Positions 51,575 through 64,000 are shown, counted from the stretch's first letter. The stretch is DNA of 64,000 bases from Monocercomonoides exilis PA203 (GCA_001643675.2 LSRY02000015.1:434001-498000); one strand, 5' to 3'. Made by a program: numbers and translations. The notes: generated by a model from the letters alone, not told the origin.

Positions 51575-52831
51575 GGATATGGAGGATATTCATTTGAAAA
51601 TAAATACATCTGTACAATGAATATGCTTTTTTTTTTTTTAAATAATCAATTTATCCTTTTTATATAATTCTCCTTTATGCTCTTGATTGTTATTTAAGAA
51701 CTGAACTGGATTGAACTTATAACCATTTTAATATTTGTTGGCTTTTTGCTATTGGATTTCGTGGCATTGATGTTTTCTTTCTTAAAGTTATTTTTTTGTT
51801 TCTTCAACAAATTTTTTGATTTCCAAAGTTTTGCGTGCTTTTCTGTTAATTTGTTAAATTCAAAACATTTCTTTCTTTTTTTCAAATTTCTTATTTCTTC
51901 ATTTCAAAGCCTCTTGAAATAAACATTAAATTTATTTATTTATTTATTTATTCATTGGATAATTGTTTTTCTTCAAATAAAACATTGGCAAAGCATTTTA
52001 AAAAAATCGAATGTTACGAGTTTGTTCAAATAAATGACAGAAACAAATAACCAGAAGACGAATCCCCGGAAACAAACAAAATGCAGCCACGCAATTAGAA
52101 ATACACGACAGTCAAGGTTCTAATATTTAATAAGCGAACATAATAGTTAATGGAGAAAGAGAGAAAGAGAAAGGGAAGGAGGAGAAAGGGAAGGAGGAGA
52201 AAGAGAGAAAGAAAGAAAGAAAAGAAAAGAAAAGCAAAGAAAATAAAAATCAGAGCAGACACATAGCAAAACATGAAGACAGAAAAGCAATAAGAAAATG
52301 GAGGAGAACAAAAGGATATTTAATAATTTATAATCAAATAAAAACATGACAGCTTATGCATAAGAAATAAACTTCTTTTCCTTTCCTTTTTTTTTTATTC
52401 TTTTTCTTCATTCTTTTGAAGACACGAATGATTTCAGCATTCGAAGAAGATGCACAAAACAATAATCATCAAAAAAGAGATGAAGAAGAAAGAAGAAAAG
52501 GAGGAGGAAGAGAAAGAAGAAGAAAAAGAATTAGATGAGGAAGAAGAAGAAAAAGAAAGAGAAGAATATGAATAAGAAGAATAGTGTCAAAGTTATAACC
52601 AAATTCTCAAACACAAATAACACAATCATAAAAATAGAACTCACACAAAACGGAAGAGCAAAACATTATTATTATTATTATTATTTGTTATTTTCTAAGG
52701 AAAATACAAATACTCGGAAAATTAAAAAAATAATAATAAATACAATTTTGATTTTTTTTGTTTATTTTATTTAATTTTATTTAATTTTATTCCAAATTTT
52801 TCTTTTCTTTTCTTTTCTTTTCACATTTCAT

Positions 52832-55800
52832 CTAAAACCCTGCTGTTTCTCTCCCCAAAATCGCCATTTTTCCCCAGTCTCCCATCAAAAGTGGCTTCTT
52901 CGATGTTTCCAGCGAGCGAAGAGGGACAAAATCTTTCTCATTCCCCTTGAATGTTGGCATCACAGCAGCTGGCTTGGGCTTGTTGGCTGGTTTTTCTGGT
53001 TCTTCGATAGAAGATGGAGAAGAAGAGGAAGAAGAAGAGGAAGAAGAAGAGGAAGAAGAAGAGGAAGAAGAGGAGGAAGAGGAGGAGGAAGAGGAGGAAG
53101 AGGAGGAGGATGATTGAGTATTGGATGAAGAAGAAGGTTTTTCGTTTGAAAACTTTTTCTTGGGGGCTTTTTGAGCATTTGGAGAAGAATATGAAGAAGA
53201 AGAAGAAGAAGAAGAAGAAAGAGAAGAATAAGTATCACCCGAAGAAGCTGAAGCAGAAGCAGAAGAAGAAGTCATTCCTGTCTTCCCTTTCCTATCAACA
53301 CGAGCTTTCGCCTTTGGCGCAGAATTAGCTGGGGAATATGAAGAAACAGGAGTTGAATACGAAAAAGCTGATAGCGTTTGTTGTTTTTCTCTTTCTTTCT
53401 CCTTCTCCTTCTCTTTTCCCTTTCCTCCTTTGCTCTTTTTATCCTTTTTGTCCTTTGAATCATGTTCTGGTGTGTAGCTTGACACAAACCCAGTTCCATA
53501 TGCAGGAGAAGAATAAGAGGAATAAGACGAATAAGACGAATAAGAAGATGAAGCAGAGGCAGAAAAAGAAGAGAAGGAGGAAGAGGAGGAAGAAGAAGAA
53601 GACCCACCAGGCACATAAAACAGTTCAGTTCCTGTAAGCATCTTCGGAGCATCTCTCTGCTTCTGTCCGTTTTCTCCCTTTTTCTCTCCTTTTTTATCAT
53701 TCATCTTCTTCTTCTCTTCTTTTTGCTCCTTTGTTTGTGTTTGTGACTGTTTTTGTGATTCAGCTACAGTTCCTGTTGTTTCTACTGCCATCTGCTGTGC
53801 ATCTTCCCAGCTAACCTCCCACTCGTCTCTATTGCTGCTATACGTATCACTGCCTTCCTTCTTCTCTTTCTCTCTTCTTTCTCCTCTTCCCCTCCTCTCC
53901 CTCCCACTCCCACTGCCTCTGTAGCTCTCATCAAACAGCTCAATCGGAAACCTCAAGCTCCCCATGTCCTCTGGAGGCGGCTTCACTCGGAATTCTTCTT
54001 TCTTCGCACGCACCTCAGCTATCTTTGCTGGAATCTCGTCTTGTGACATCGGCACATCAATGCCAAGCTCAATCAGACCAGCTGTGATGGCGTGGGTGAG
54101 CTTCAGGATTGACGGGGCGGATTCAGATGAAGAAGAAGAAGAAGATGTTGATGATGATGATGATGATGAAGCAGAAACAGAAGAAGAAGAAGCAGAAGAT
54201 GAACCTCCCTCCGCTTCTTTGCTCTCTTCAGCGTGTGGTGGATGATGTGGTTGCGTCTGCCTTTTCTTCGCCTCTTCTTCTCTCTCTTTCTTTTTGTCTG
54301 GCAGCATCTGATAATCCTTCGGAATCCCCTCTGGCCGCCCTTCTTCTTTCTCTTTCTTCTCCTCGTTCTTCTTCCCTTTCCCTTTGCCTTTCTCTTTTTC
54401 TTTCTCTTTCTCTTTCTCTTTCTCTTTCTCTTTCTCGTTTTCTTTCCCTTTCCCTTTCTCTTTGCCTTTTTTCTCTTTGCCTTTCTGTTTCTCGTCAGAC
54501 TTCGAATCTTTCTCTGATTCAATTTCCTCTTTTTTCTCTTTTTTCTCTTCTTTTCCTTCTCCTTCCTCAGTTGCAGTTGTCGAATCAGAAGAAGAAGAAG
54601 CAGAAGCAGAAGCAGAAGCAGAAGATGAAGACAAAGCCATCAAATTCCTCTTCTGCTTCTGTGCCGGAGGTGCGTGCTGCATCAACAGCCGTATCAACAC
54701 ATCGCATTTGTCCATCTCATCGCTCCATGGGTGGAACATCGCCACGCTCTCTTCCCACTTCTTCCTCTTCTCTTCCAACTCTTTCCGCTTCCGCTCTCTT
54801 TCTTCTTGGAGCTTCGCTTCTCGCGCTTCTCTGAATTTTTATTATTATTATTATTATTATTATGGTTATTGTTATTATAATCGTTAGGATTATTATAAAA
54901 ATTGATAAAAATTAAAAAAAAAAAAGATTATAATAAAAACATGAATACATAAATTAATGAAGCAAATGGTCATATCACATATGTATAAATATAAACATAA
55001 GCAGATAGGGAAAAATAAATAAATAAATAAATAAATAAAAATCAGTTATCTTATTTTAACCCCCATATTGCATCTTCATCCAAACCTTGCTTTTCTCATT
55101 TTTTCGCGCTGCTCCTCCTTCTCTTGCTCTTTCAGCTTCTGAATCTCTAACAAATAGTCGTTGTAAGCATCCTGCTCTTTGTGGTACCTTTCAACTTCTT
55201 TGTCCCAATCCTCGTCTTTCACATCTCTTTCGGCTTGCAGCTTCTTGATTTCTTCTGGATCAACTCGCTTTGTTGCTTCTGTGCGCTGGCGCCGCGCATC
55301 CTCAAGCCTCTTTTTCTCCCTTTCTATCCACGATTGGCGCATTTCTATCTCGCGATTTTGAATTGCCACTGCATTCTGCATCGCGCGTAACTCTCTGAAA
55401 GCAACGTTTTTTTGTTCTAATTTCTTTTTCAATTCAGGAAACATAGAATGAGCAGCTTTCAAGCGTGTAATCTCGCCTGTCATTAACTTTTGTTCCCTCA
55501 ATGTTAATGTATTTATTTCAATCTCATGCATTTTTTCCCTGAAAAAAAATTCTTGAAATAATAACTGCAAAAATGATTCAAACCCAATAAGCTTATCCAA
55601 TCTCTCTGGAGTATCACATGGAAGTTTTTGTCTATATGCATTATATTGTTGAGTCTTAATAAAAATATTTCAGTAACTTGATATCTTCAGAAATTAGGCA
55701 TACCAATTGATTAAACACTCTTTCTTTTGTTTCAACGTTATGCTTGTATTCCTCAAGCTTTTCATTTTGGGCTTTTAGCTCCTTTTCAGCGTTTGAAATG

Positions 55801-56101
55801 TTTGCTTCGGTGCGCCGAATGTTGTAATCAAACTTTCTAATATCGCGCTCTTGTTGTTGCTTTCGAAAATAGAAATCACGCTTTGAAAACGATTTCATTA
55901 TATGTCATAGGTAAGAAGAAAGTTGAAAGGAAGCTGAAACTTATTATATCATACGATTTTCTGTTCGACAACTCGTGTTTCATCAGTGATCCTGCGAAGT
56001 GTTGCAAAGTGGGCGTTTTCATTTGCTGGGCGTACCTTTGTAAGTTTTTCTGCTCCTTTTGGAAGTTTTTCTTCCTCCTTTGTTGGATTTTTTGAAGTCA
56101 T
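52832..56101 (-). CDS. BFR1-like (nuclear segregation protein family) coiled-coil protein with poly-Ser tail, multi-exon
   Basis: ATG 56101; EIEINTLTLREQKLMTGEITRLK, PWSDEMDKCDVLIRLL and LGIDVPMSQDEIPAKIAEVRAKKEEF follow the BFR1-family motif order. Confidence 0.68.
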
Positions 56102-56524
56102 TCAGATAGTTATAACAGGAAAGATTCTCTCCAAATGATCAAACCATATTTTTCAATAACACCTTTCAGTTCTGCAGTTGAGATTTTTCGGATTTAAAAA
56201 GAAAGTTTCAAAAATAATCAATGTATGTTCCTTTTAAACTTCTCATGTGATTTAGATTAATCACTTAACAGAGAAATACATCCATATGAAAAAGGAAAAA
56301 TTAATGTGAAAAAAATATCTCTAATTTATAAATGGATACAGCAAAAGAAAAAGACTAAATACTAACTATATAAAACAAATGTGTGAGCATCAACTTCAAA
56401 GAACATAATTTATGAAAATTTTTAATAAAAAATTTTTCATTAAACAGGAAATGATGAAATGAAATGAATGAAATGGTAATGAAATGTAATTTTTCCGAGA
56501 AACAATAAATAAGCACGTGGATGT

Positions 56525-57330
56525 TCAAGAAATGTACTGTCGAGTTTTGGATTCGTTTTTATCTTTTTTCAGTTCTTCAATGATCTTCATGTAATGAACT
56601 TCGCACTCTGCATTTTGCCAAATATGAGATAAGAAAGGAAAAGTTGATGAAGGTGGGAAGTGAGAAATAAATAAATAGGAAAATAAAAAATAAATAAAAA
56701 ATAGAGAGAAAGAGAAAGAAAGAAAGAAAGAGAGTTAGAGAGAGAGAAAGAGAGAGAGAGAAAAAGAGAAAGATAAAGATTAAAAAATAGAGAAAAAGAA
56801 AAAGAAAATTGGTCATAACAAGTTGAAAATAATACTCCTGATACCTCGAAGCCTGACATTCATTTCTTCAAAAGCTTTTTGTGATGTTTCTTCTTCTGTT
56901 TGCCTGATTGCCTTTTGCACAATCACATTGATATCCTTCAATGAAAATTTAACCTCAGAAGATTTTGCTGAACAAATGCGATCTTGCAGTTCTAATGGTA
57001 GCGTTTCAAATACACTTGCTATTTCAATAAAAAATTATAAAGTGACAAATAAAATACAATAATAAGATAATTCATATATTCAATTGAATTCAAACTTGGT
57101 ATTAAATTTTTTTTTTGATACTTCTCCGACGATAACGGATTCATTGTTTCAGAAAGGGATGGCAACGTGATAGTTTCATCACCTTCGTCACGGGAAGCAT
57201 CGGGAGATAAAAGCTTTCTGTGAAGCTGGTTCAAGTCCATTGGATGAAATGGAAGAGGAATTCCCGTTGGAAATCTTCTTTGAAATTTTAGATAATTGTA
57301 TTGGTCGTCAAAAACAGACGTTGAAGCCAT
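56525..57330 (-). CDS. Akirin-like small protein, 3 exons
   Basis: Spliced C-terminus KFSLKDINVIVQKAIRQTEEETSQKAFEEMNVRLR|ECEVHYMKIIEELKK...RQYIS* (intron 56608-56844). Start could be 57330 or up to 57399. Confidence 0.6.
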
Positions 57331-57481
57331 GAATAAAATCGTATCTTTTCTGGAACCCATAAGTATAAAATAAGATTTCATTTTCATTGCAATCTTCATT
57401 TGAGAAAATTTTAATAAAGCTTTATTCCAAAATGTGAATCGTTAAGAATATTTCATAAGAAAAAATTGAACCATTACTAAA

Positions 57482-58658
57482 ATGCTTGCTTCTTTCGAGC
57501 AGTCCTCTCATCGAAAGAAATGGCTATTTACAAAGGAATATTTGAAAGAAAATGAAAAGAATTTGTATAAAGATGAAGAGCTTGAATTAAACATTCAGAA
57601 TATTCTGCGCTATTTTGTTTCTTGTATGAATTCAATTATCGATTATCTTGTTCTTTATTGTTTTATGAGACATTCAACAGATGGGAAAAGAAGCTCATTC
57701 TAGTCAAAAAGTTGTTGAGCACGCAATTTATTATTTTAAGCGTTTATACACGAAGTGTGGCAATGCTTTTTCGCATAACAAATAATTTTGGTATACTTTT
57801 AGGGTTACAATTTATGATATAGATCCTCACCAAGCTGCAATGACGTGTTATAGAATTGCGTTAAAATTTGTGGAAAATTCATTTGGAATTGACTTATTTC
57901 GGATTTTTCAATCTAAATCATCTGATTCAACTTTTCTCATATCCAAAACAGACGAAAGTTACATGGAATATTTTATTCTTCCGGAAATTGATTTTGATCT
58001 TGTGATTTATGTACCAAGTCGTATTCTTCTTCAATTTTGTGCTGACTCTCAAGTCGATGAATCGGTTATCTATCTTGCTAATTGCACCCTCAATGATACA
58101 TATTTCCTTGATTTCGCTTTAACTGATTCTCCTTATGCAATTGCAATCGCCTGCTTATATTTTGTATGATAAATTCTGTTTATTGTTGTGTATGTTCACA
58201 AAAATAATATTTATTATATATTTTATTCAGGCTGCAACTGTTCATAAAATAGATCTTCGTGAATACTTGGGTTCATTAACAATAGACTTAGATAGAGTAT
58301 GCTATCCCACAGATTTTTTTTTAATTTTTTATTTATTGACACAAAATTTCAAAATTTTGTATTTAGATGTTTGAGATGTTCGATGAAATTAAGCAATTTT
58401 ATCTCTCTCCGTTTAATCCAGGTTTGACTTAAACCATTCATCAGCTTGTTTTATATAAATTACTCCAACTTTATGTTTGATTATTTTTTAAAACTTTGCT
58501 GCTGTTCGTTTGCATTCTCTCGTTTAGAAGCTGCGGAAATTTCTTTAAAAAAACTGTATAAATATCAATTATATTACCAACCAAAGAACGTTTTGAAAAA
58601 TGAAAAGGATTGGAGGGAATGGTGTGAGAATTCCAAAGATGAAAAAAAAGAGGAATGA
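57482..58658 (+). CDS. Cyclin C-like protein (transcriptional cyclin), multi-exon
   Basis: SFEQSSHRKKWLF, QKVVEHAIYYFKRLY, DP..AAMTC...ALKF.E, DLVIYVP.R.LLQF, NDTY..D..L...PYAIAIACL and DLREYLGSLTIDLDR; closer to cyclin C than cyclin H. Confidence 0.8.
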
Positions 58659-59559
58659 TGTCGTGTAGTTTTTTTTAAAATTAAGTTTTATTTATTTAAA
58701 CAAAGATTTTAAAAAAAAAAGGGAGAAATGTATGCGCTTTAAATTAAATCTGTTTGTTGTCTAAGCATTAATTTTGAAGGATATAATCGATTTGATCTAC
58801 ACACAAAAAAATCAAAAGATCAAATAGATAAAAATTTTTTGTGATGATTCAAATGTTTGTTGTTTTTGAAACACTGTTTGAGGCAAATTTTTTACAATTT
58901 TGATAAAAATTGTTATTTGTTCCAAACTTTTTCTGCTATGTTATAATTAAAAGTCTTCCATTGCAACGCCTTTAAATATCGAATATCTTTAAAATTGATA
59001 TAATTACTTGAAAATATAGTGTGGAACAAAATTCATAAGCTAATAAATTTTGTCCCATTTGATAAATTTAGAGAACAGACCAGTTGGACGGAAAATGCAA
59101 ATTTGAAATAAACGAGAAAACTCAATTCTCAATGAGTGTTCAATAAATAAATAAAAATTTAATTTCATTAACTTGAAAAATCAAAAAGCATAACAACTAT
59201 AAATGCAGCTGTATTGAAAAAAATATAGAAAAAATAATCCATGAAATATATATTTTTTGAAAAAAATGGCTTCAACATTGAACTTTTCGAATAATCCTTC
59301 TTATTTGAATTACCATCGTTCTTTAATTAGGAACTTTTTCTTAAACCAGGGTATATTCTTCTTTGATTATTCACACTAATTTTCTTTAAGTTTAAAGTGA
59401 ATTTTGAATATCTTTTTTGAATAAAAATCAAAACATCTTTATTAATAGCAATCTTTATATTAATTCACAAAGAAGTCAAAACACACACACTTTTTCAAGA
59501 AGTTAATTGAATTGGATTGAACAGTAAAAATCTTAATAGTACTGAAATTCTTTGCAAAG

Positions 59560-61197
59560 TTTGCATCATCATCGTACGAAATTAAAAGTCGCTTTTTCTT
59601 AACTTTTCTTTCTCTCAATTCATGCTTGTTTAATGTTTTCTCATAATTCAAACTCTTCTCCTTTGGCTCATTTATGTCGCTCAGCAATTTCATTAACTGA
59701 TTTCTTGATTGTTACACTTTTTTCGTGCGAATTTTCACAGAAATGCTGTCATCCTTTTTATCTGGAAAATTTGTGACAGATGTTTTCTTTCCTTCTGCTG
59801 GCTTCATGTTGCTACTATCCATATGACTTCTTCATGTTTTTATCCATTTGTTTGTGGGAGAAAATTTTCCATTCAACTCCGAATCCCAGCTTTATTTTTT
59901 TTTTTCTGTTCTTTGCAAAACGGGTGAATCAGAAACTTTTGACAGAACAGGTGCTGCCATCACAGGCCAAATACAAGTTTTCTGAAACGGGCTTTATGTA
60001 GTTAATGGAGATGTTGAAGAAGTGAGTGCTTCAGGAAGAACTTTTGCTAATTCACTTCGAAACGAAGAGGAAGAATGTGGTTGCGGTGGGTTGAAATTGT
60101 CATTAAAAGTCTTTTTAAATCTTGCAAATATGCTGCTGTTTCATGGCTGAAGAAGATGAGAGAGATTTGGAGGAAATCTCATCATTATTATTCCTTGTTT
60201 ATCTGCGCATTTCTCAACTTTTTCATTGATGTGAGAAGGATGGTTATCAAGAAGGAAAACAGCTTTTGGCATATTTGAGAGTTTCATTTTTGTATTAATC
60301 GAAGGTATCCAATGAGAAATCATGATAGTTTCAAAGATTGATGGATTTTTCCATCCTGAAGATGATGAGATAAAACGTTTGTTGAATGACGGAAGAGTTC
60401 GAAATTCTATTGGAAGCTTTCGACTGGAATAAAGGAGAAAAGAAGGCAAAGACGATCCATCAGCACAAACGCAAACACAAAGAGTCGAATTTGCTGTTTT
60501 GTTGGGAATTGGATGTGACGGAGGTATTTGATTTCTCAAATACACTCACAGCTTGCGTGAGCTTTCTCCACATCTCAAAGATGTTTCATCGAAATTCAAT
60601 ATACCGTTTTCACCTATATTGCATGTTTCCAAAACATTTTTGAATTGATCAAACCATTTACGGATGCCATATGGTGACTGTGCCAACATTTTGGATCGTT
60701 CCATTTGTTTGAATAATGCAGATTTGAGAATTTTGTTATGATCGATCATATAACATGCAGCTGAAATACATGGAAATTTTATTTTTGTTTTTTCCTTAGA
60801 GTTTTCTTCATTATAATCTTTCATCTTAATAACAAAGAAAAATTAAAAAAAATAAGAAAATTGCACTTCAGATCATTTTGAAGATATCTTTCACTCGAAC
60901 AACCTTCCCTTCTGACAGCATAACAAGTATTTTGTTTTCGATTGTTTCAATCATTGAGTCTGCAATAATGGAAGGTCTACCATTGATTCCAACTTCTCTG
61001 TTATTCTTTTGGGCATTCACTCCTCGATACTAAGAGCCTTTCGAAATAATGCCAGATCCTATTGCCACACCAGGTGACACAACATTATTCTATTTGATTT
61101 CAAAAATTTTCTTTGAAATGCTGCCCAATTTCCTTATTTCAGCACATGCCAATTTTTTTTGAAGGTCTGATGCAGAAAGTTCGCAATGGTTTGTCAT
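59560..61197 (-). pseudogene. Decayed, more divergent pogo-like DDE_1 transposase
   Basis: GRPS, ILNFDETSL, CVCADG, SSGW, FLLDNHPSH and FPPNLSHLLQP* with frameshifts and stops; 42-nt intron 60825-60866. 3' boundary approximate. Confidence 0.82.
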
Positions 61198-62135
61198 TTT
61201 TATGGTTTTGATCTTTCGACTAAAATAATGTAATTTTTAAAAAGGAAACGAAAATCATTCGATCAAATATGTTTCATCATAAATAAATTCCATATAATCA
61301 ATCTTAGATTATTTCTTCATGTTTCACAATTTGCAATTTTGTTGTTTGTCTTCTCTGAAATATTTCGTTGTTTCTTCAATTTTTAGGCAATCATTGACAT
61401 AAAATAAAAAAATACAATGAAATCCAACTGTTTGAATTTTGAGAACGATTGTCTGAAATTGGATGAACAAATATCAGTAACGATTGCGAAATTAATATGT
61501 GACATAATTTTGTTTAGTCCGAGTACTAGAAAAAGTACCGGGTTTTAGAACGATGGTAGTCAAAATGCAAATATGTAAAAAATGATGAATATACACGTTT
61601 GTGAAGTACATCAATTCTGAAAATAACACAACTGTGGAATGAAAAAAAGCAGAGCAAGAAAAATGACTGATTAATAAATTTCAACAGGCTTTTCAAAAAT
61701 AAGATTAACAAAGAAATCCAAAACAAACTGGGGAATGATGTGAAACAACAAAAAACAGATGATGAAAATTATGAATATTGCTGATTATTGAACAAAAAGC
61801 TTGATTTCACACAAAAAATCTGATTCTTTCAAATGAAACAATTTCACATGAATAATAAACAGAAAAAAATTGACAAACAGAATTCAGGCAAATGCAAATG
61901 CAAATGCAAACAAAAGTGAATGCACAGCAGCGGAAGATGCTGCTGATTTCACAAATAAAACACAAGACAGGGAGATACAATATCTTCAAAAGATTCAGGA
62001 TTTCAAAAAGTCTTCATTTCCTTTTTCCATTTCCTCCTCAGCTCAATTGAGTGCTTTTCGAATTGATTGAATGATTATCATTTGATGGATTCTTTGACTG
62101 AGCTGATTTCTTCCTCTTTTTCCCTTTGTTTTCGC

Positions 62136-64000
62136 TCATCTGTCTGTTGTGCTTATCTGGTTGCTTCCATCTTGTTCTGAGTCTTCGATATATATCACTG
62201 CATCTGACATCGTGAGCATCACCGCTCCTTCTGGAAATCGCTGGATGAACTCGCGCTTCAGACCTTGAAGAGACAGCCGCTTTTCACTCTCTGATGACAG
62301 GCACGACAGAATCATGGGCAACAGCACCGACTCTTCTGCTTCCTTCATGCTTGGCCTCTCTCCATTCACGATCTTCTGCCCTGCCACCTCTGCCTCATAC
62401 TCCCCAAACGGGATTTGAAGGGTCAGACACTCCCACAGCATCATCCCAATCGAGAATGACACCGACTCCTTTGTTGCTCCCATCTTCTTGTTCATCTGCA
62501 GCTCTGGCGCCTTCCACCTCAAACACTCTTTTTTGAAGCTATCTTCATCCTCAAAGGCTGATGAGGGAAGGGAGTCATCGTCATCATTGCCACTGGCAGA
62601 TGTCACAACTGTTGATGACGAGATGGAGGATGAATCTGAGTCATCATCGGACAATAAGTCTGAATGCATCACAATGCAGATCACCATGTGCTCGGAGAAA
62701 AGAACAATGTGAGGGCTCAGATTGGAAAGAGATTGAAGAGGGTTTTCCATCTCATCAATTGAATGGAGTGCGAGATTAGCAACCCAGAACAGGATTTGGG
62801 CAGCTGTCTGCTCTCTTTCCTTCAATGTGCCAATTGCCATCTCTTTTGTCTTATTCAGCCCATGCAGCAGCATGAACAGTGAATCCCTCAAGTCCACAAT
62901 CAGCTTCTCATGAGGAGACGAGCACGCCATTGCATCCACAAGATTCGACATGGATGAAGTTGTTGGGCACAGATCCTCCCCTCGAACAAATGTGGAATCT
63001 GAGTCAGTTGAACATGTTGAAGAAATTGATGGTGATGGAGTCTGTTTTCTTATTTCCTCTTCCTCCTCCTTTTCCAATGCCCAATCAGGAATCTTGTCTG
63101 AATCTCTTCCAAGGATGTATTCTGTTGAACCACTCTCAGAAAGAAGATGCTCTGATGACTCAGAATGTTGCATATTCGTATCATACACCCTCTTCTTCAT
63201 CCTTTCTTCATTCTTCTTCTCTGCCTCCATCTCTGCTCTCCTCCACTGCTCTTCAGGTGACATCTCCATCGTCACCATCTCAATCAGCTTCGGATCCTTT
63301 TTCACTGTGTCATTCACAATCTCTTCCAATTCTTCTGTCCTTCTCTTTTGTTTCCTCCACCGAAGTGTTGAAATTACTGCAACAATTAGAATAAACAAAA
63401 GAACAACAACAAGGATAATAACAATCAACAACCAATACGATTTCCCTTCTTTTCCTCCTTCAACTATCCTTTCATCTCCATCAACCTTGGGCTCGCTTCT
63501 GTTCTTCACAATGAAAGAATCAGTGGATAATTGTTTGTCAACATCTCCAAACAGAATGCTCACTCTCACCTCTGCCTCTTCTCCTGCATCACTTATCATC
63601 TCCCTTGACACCTTCCCTTCAACTTCTGTCTCCGATACATATCCACTCTCATCAAATACAAACTTTTCTATCTGCTTTTCTTCTCCAATCTGCTTTACAA
63701 CCATGAATGACAAGTTGCAAGGCAGCAGCAGCTCCCCTTTGAACGCAATCTCAACTTCTGCTCCTTCTTCCCTTGTTTCAACACACTCCAACACCGGAAT
63801 GAAGAAAGGCGATGCTCTTTCAGAAATAATTCCTTTAATTAGACAACCCTCATTCAATATCCACATCGATGAGTCATCCTTCACTCCATCTCCACCTTTC
63901 AAACTGGAAATGGTCAATGAAGCAGAATCAGAGCAGATGATATTTCTTCTCAATGATGGATATTTTGTATTCACAGGGTTGTTATTGCTGAAGTTTCCTG
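62136..64000 (-). CDS. Second copy of the giant receptor-like pseudokinase gene, 5'-partial
   Basis: Collinear and largely near-identical to the last ~620 aa of 28063-35730; frame continues past the window end. Confidence 0.88.
   Translation of the reverse strand, partial: GNFSNNNPVNTKYPSLRRNIICSDSASLTISSLKGGDGVKDDSSMWILNEGCLIKGIISERASPFFIPVLECVETREEGAEVEIAFKGELLLPCNLSFMVVKQIGEEKQIEKFVFDESGYVSETEVEGKVSREMISDAGEEAEVRVSILFGDVDKQLSTDSFIVKNRSEPKVDGDERIVEGGKEGKSYWLLIVIILVVVLLFILIVAVISTLRWRKQKRRTEELEEIVNDTVKKDPKLIEMVTMEMSPEEQWRRAEMEAEKKNEERMKKRVYDTNMQHSESSEHLLSESGSTEYILGRDSDKIPDWALEKEEEEEIRKQTPSPSISSTCSTDSDSTFVRGEDLCPTTSSMSNLVDAMACSSPHEKLIVDLRDSLFMLLHGLNKTKEMAIGTLKEREQTAAQILFWVANLALHSIDEMENPLQSLSNLSPHIVLFSEHMVICIVMHSDLLSDDDSDSSSISSSTVVTSASGNDDDDSLPSSAFEDEDSFKKECLRWKAPELQMNKKMGATKESVSFSIGMMLWECLTLQIPFGEYEAEVAGQKIVNGERPSMKEAEESVLLPMILSCLSSESEKRLSLQGLKREFIQRFPEGAVMLTMSDAVIYIEDSEQDGSNQISTTDR

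Noticed and set aside
51700-52800. Long convergent intergenic region with purine-rich tracts and a small CGAATG/CATTCG hairpin; possible ncRNA
   Set aside because: No recognisable tRNA, snRNA or snoRNA motifs; an Infernal/Rfam scan would be needed.
59017-61528. Possible TIRs for the third transposase (TAGT..GGA..ACAAAATT-like at both ends)
   Set aside because: Match too weak and gapped in AT-rich DNA to define boundaries.

Overview
Gene-dense, AT-rich eukaryotic (protist) DNA with short GT-AG introns, the standard genetic code (TAA/TAG/TGA all act as stops) and very Ser/Glu/Lys-rich low-complexity proteins. This style, and the giant receptor-like gene family, point to an oxymonad such as Monocercomonoides (inference). 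Recognisable genes are a USP40/47-like deubiquitinase, an SCP/CTDSPL-type phosphatase, KRR1, an EFR1-type flavodoxin-ferredoxin, a DUF3752 protein, a FAM227-like protein, an Osh6/ORP8-type OSBP, a BFR1-like protein, an akirin-like protein and cyclin C. Accessory content: a pogo-type MITE; an ORF-intact, intron-containing DD35D pogo-like transposon nested in reverse orientation inside an older relative; a third decayed copy; and two copies of a giant beta-helix-ectodomain/single-TM/pseudokinase gene, each with a pogo remnant just downstream. The most novel-looking items, found by manual splicing and alignment, are a SARAF-luminal-domain/tubby-scramblase-like fusion without a TM helix, a cryptic akirin-like gene ending in YIS*, the modular pseudokinase receptors and the nested transposon. 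All family calls are motif recognition from memory; no searches were run.
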